From positions 1-54,356 of the IMG/VR virus record IMGVR_UViG_3300035670_000272: a stretch of 54,356 bases of DNA, one strand, 5' to 3'. Positions within the stretch are counted from its first letter, which is position 1. Each line of letters starts with the position of its first letter. The position numbers were made by a program, and so were the translations under genes. Positions 54,278-54,356 of this stretch are shown here, in pieces. The notes beneath the pieces were generated by a model, which worked only from the letters and a program-made list of their open reading frames with translations, had not been told where the DNA came from and did not search any database. The stretch is from a virus. Taxonomy: Duplodnaviria; Caudoviricetes.

Positions 54278-54356
54278 TCTACCTAATGGATGCATTATGA
54301 AAACCTTTGCGGCGCACGATGGAACGTCAATCGTGAACATCATTGTTGCGGATTCC
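54230..54356 (+). repeat. Second copy of the 127-bp terminal repeat
   Basis: Exact match to 1-127. Confidence 0.95.

Noticed and set aside
1-54356. tRNA genes, integrase, DNA polymerase, reverse transcriptase, RtcB ligase
   Set aside because: None was recognised by eye; absence needs confirming with tRNAscan-SE and HMM searches.

Overview
The window is most likely a complete, circularly assembled ~54.2 kb tailed-phage genome: bases 1-127 are repeated exactly at 54230-54356. It looks like a long-tailed siphovirus with an actinobacterial host, judged from WhiB, an r1t-like holin, a DUF732-like lipoprotein, an MSMEG_6728-like glycosylase and leaderless-style promoters. The + strand carries tail genes (43.4-54.3 kb), then across the junction sulfotransferase/glycosyltransferase genes, lysis genes and head/neck genes (8.7-20.5 kb). 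The - strand block (24.4-42.9 kb) carries small early genes, Rad52/Cas4/RusA/SSB recombination genes, a replication initiator, a ParB-TET/JBP-TAGT DNA-modification cluster and the terminase. The standout feature is at 39.7-42.9 kb on the - strand: eight type II hammerhead ribozymes with intact catalytic cores, covarying stems I and III, and a covarying loop I/3'-tail pseudoknot. Each sits just upstream of a gene's RBS, and seven of the eight begin at the TAG stop of the preceding gene. The early polycistronic RNA is therefore predicted to self-cut into mostly 330-380 nt single-gene units that could circularise. Product calls come from motif recognition by eye; no database searches were run.
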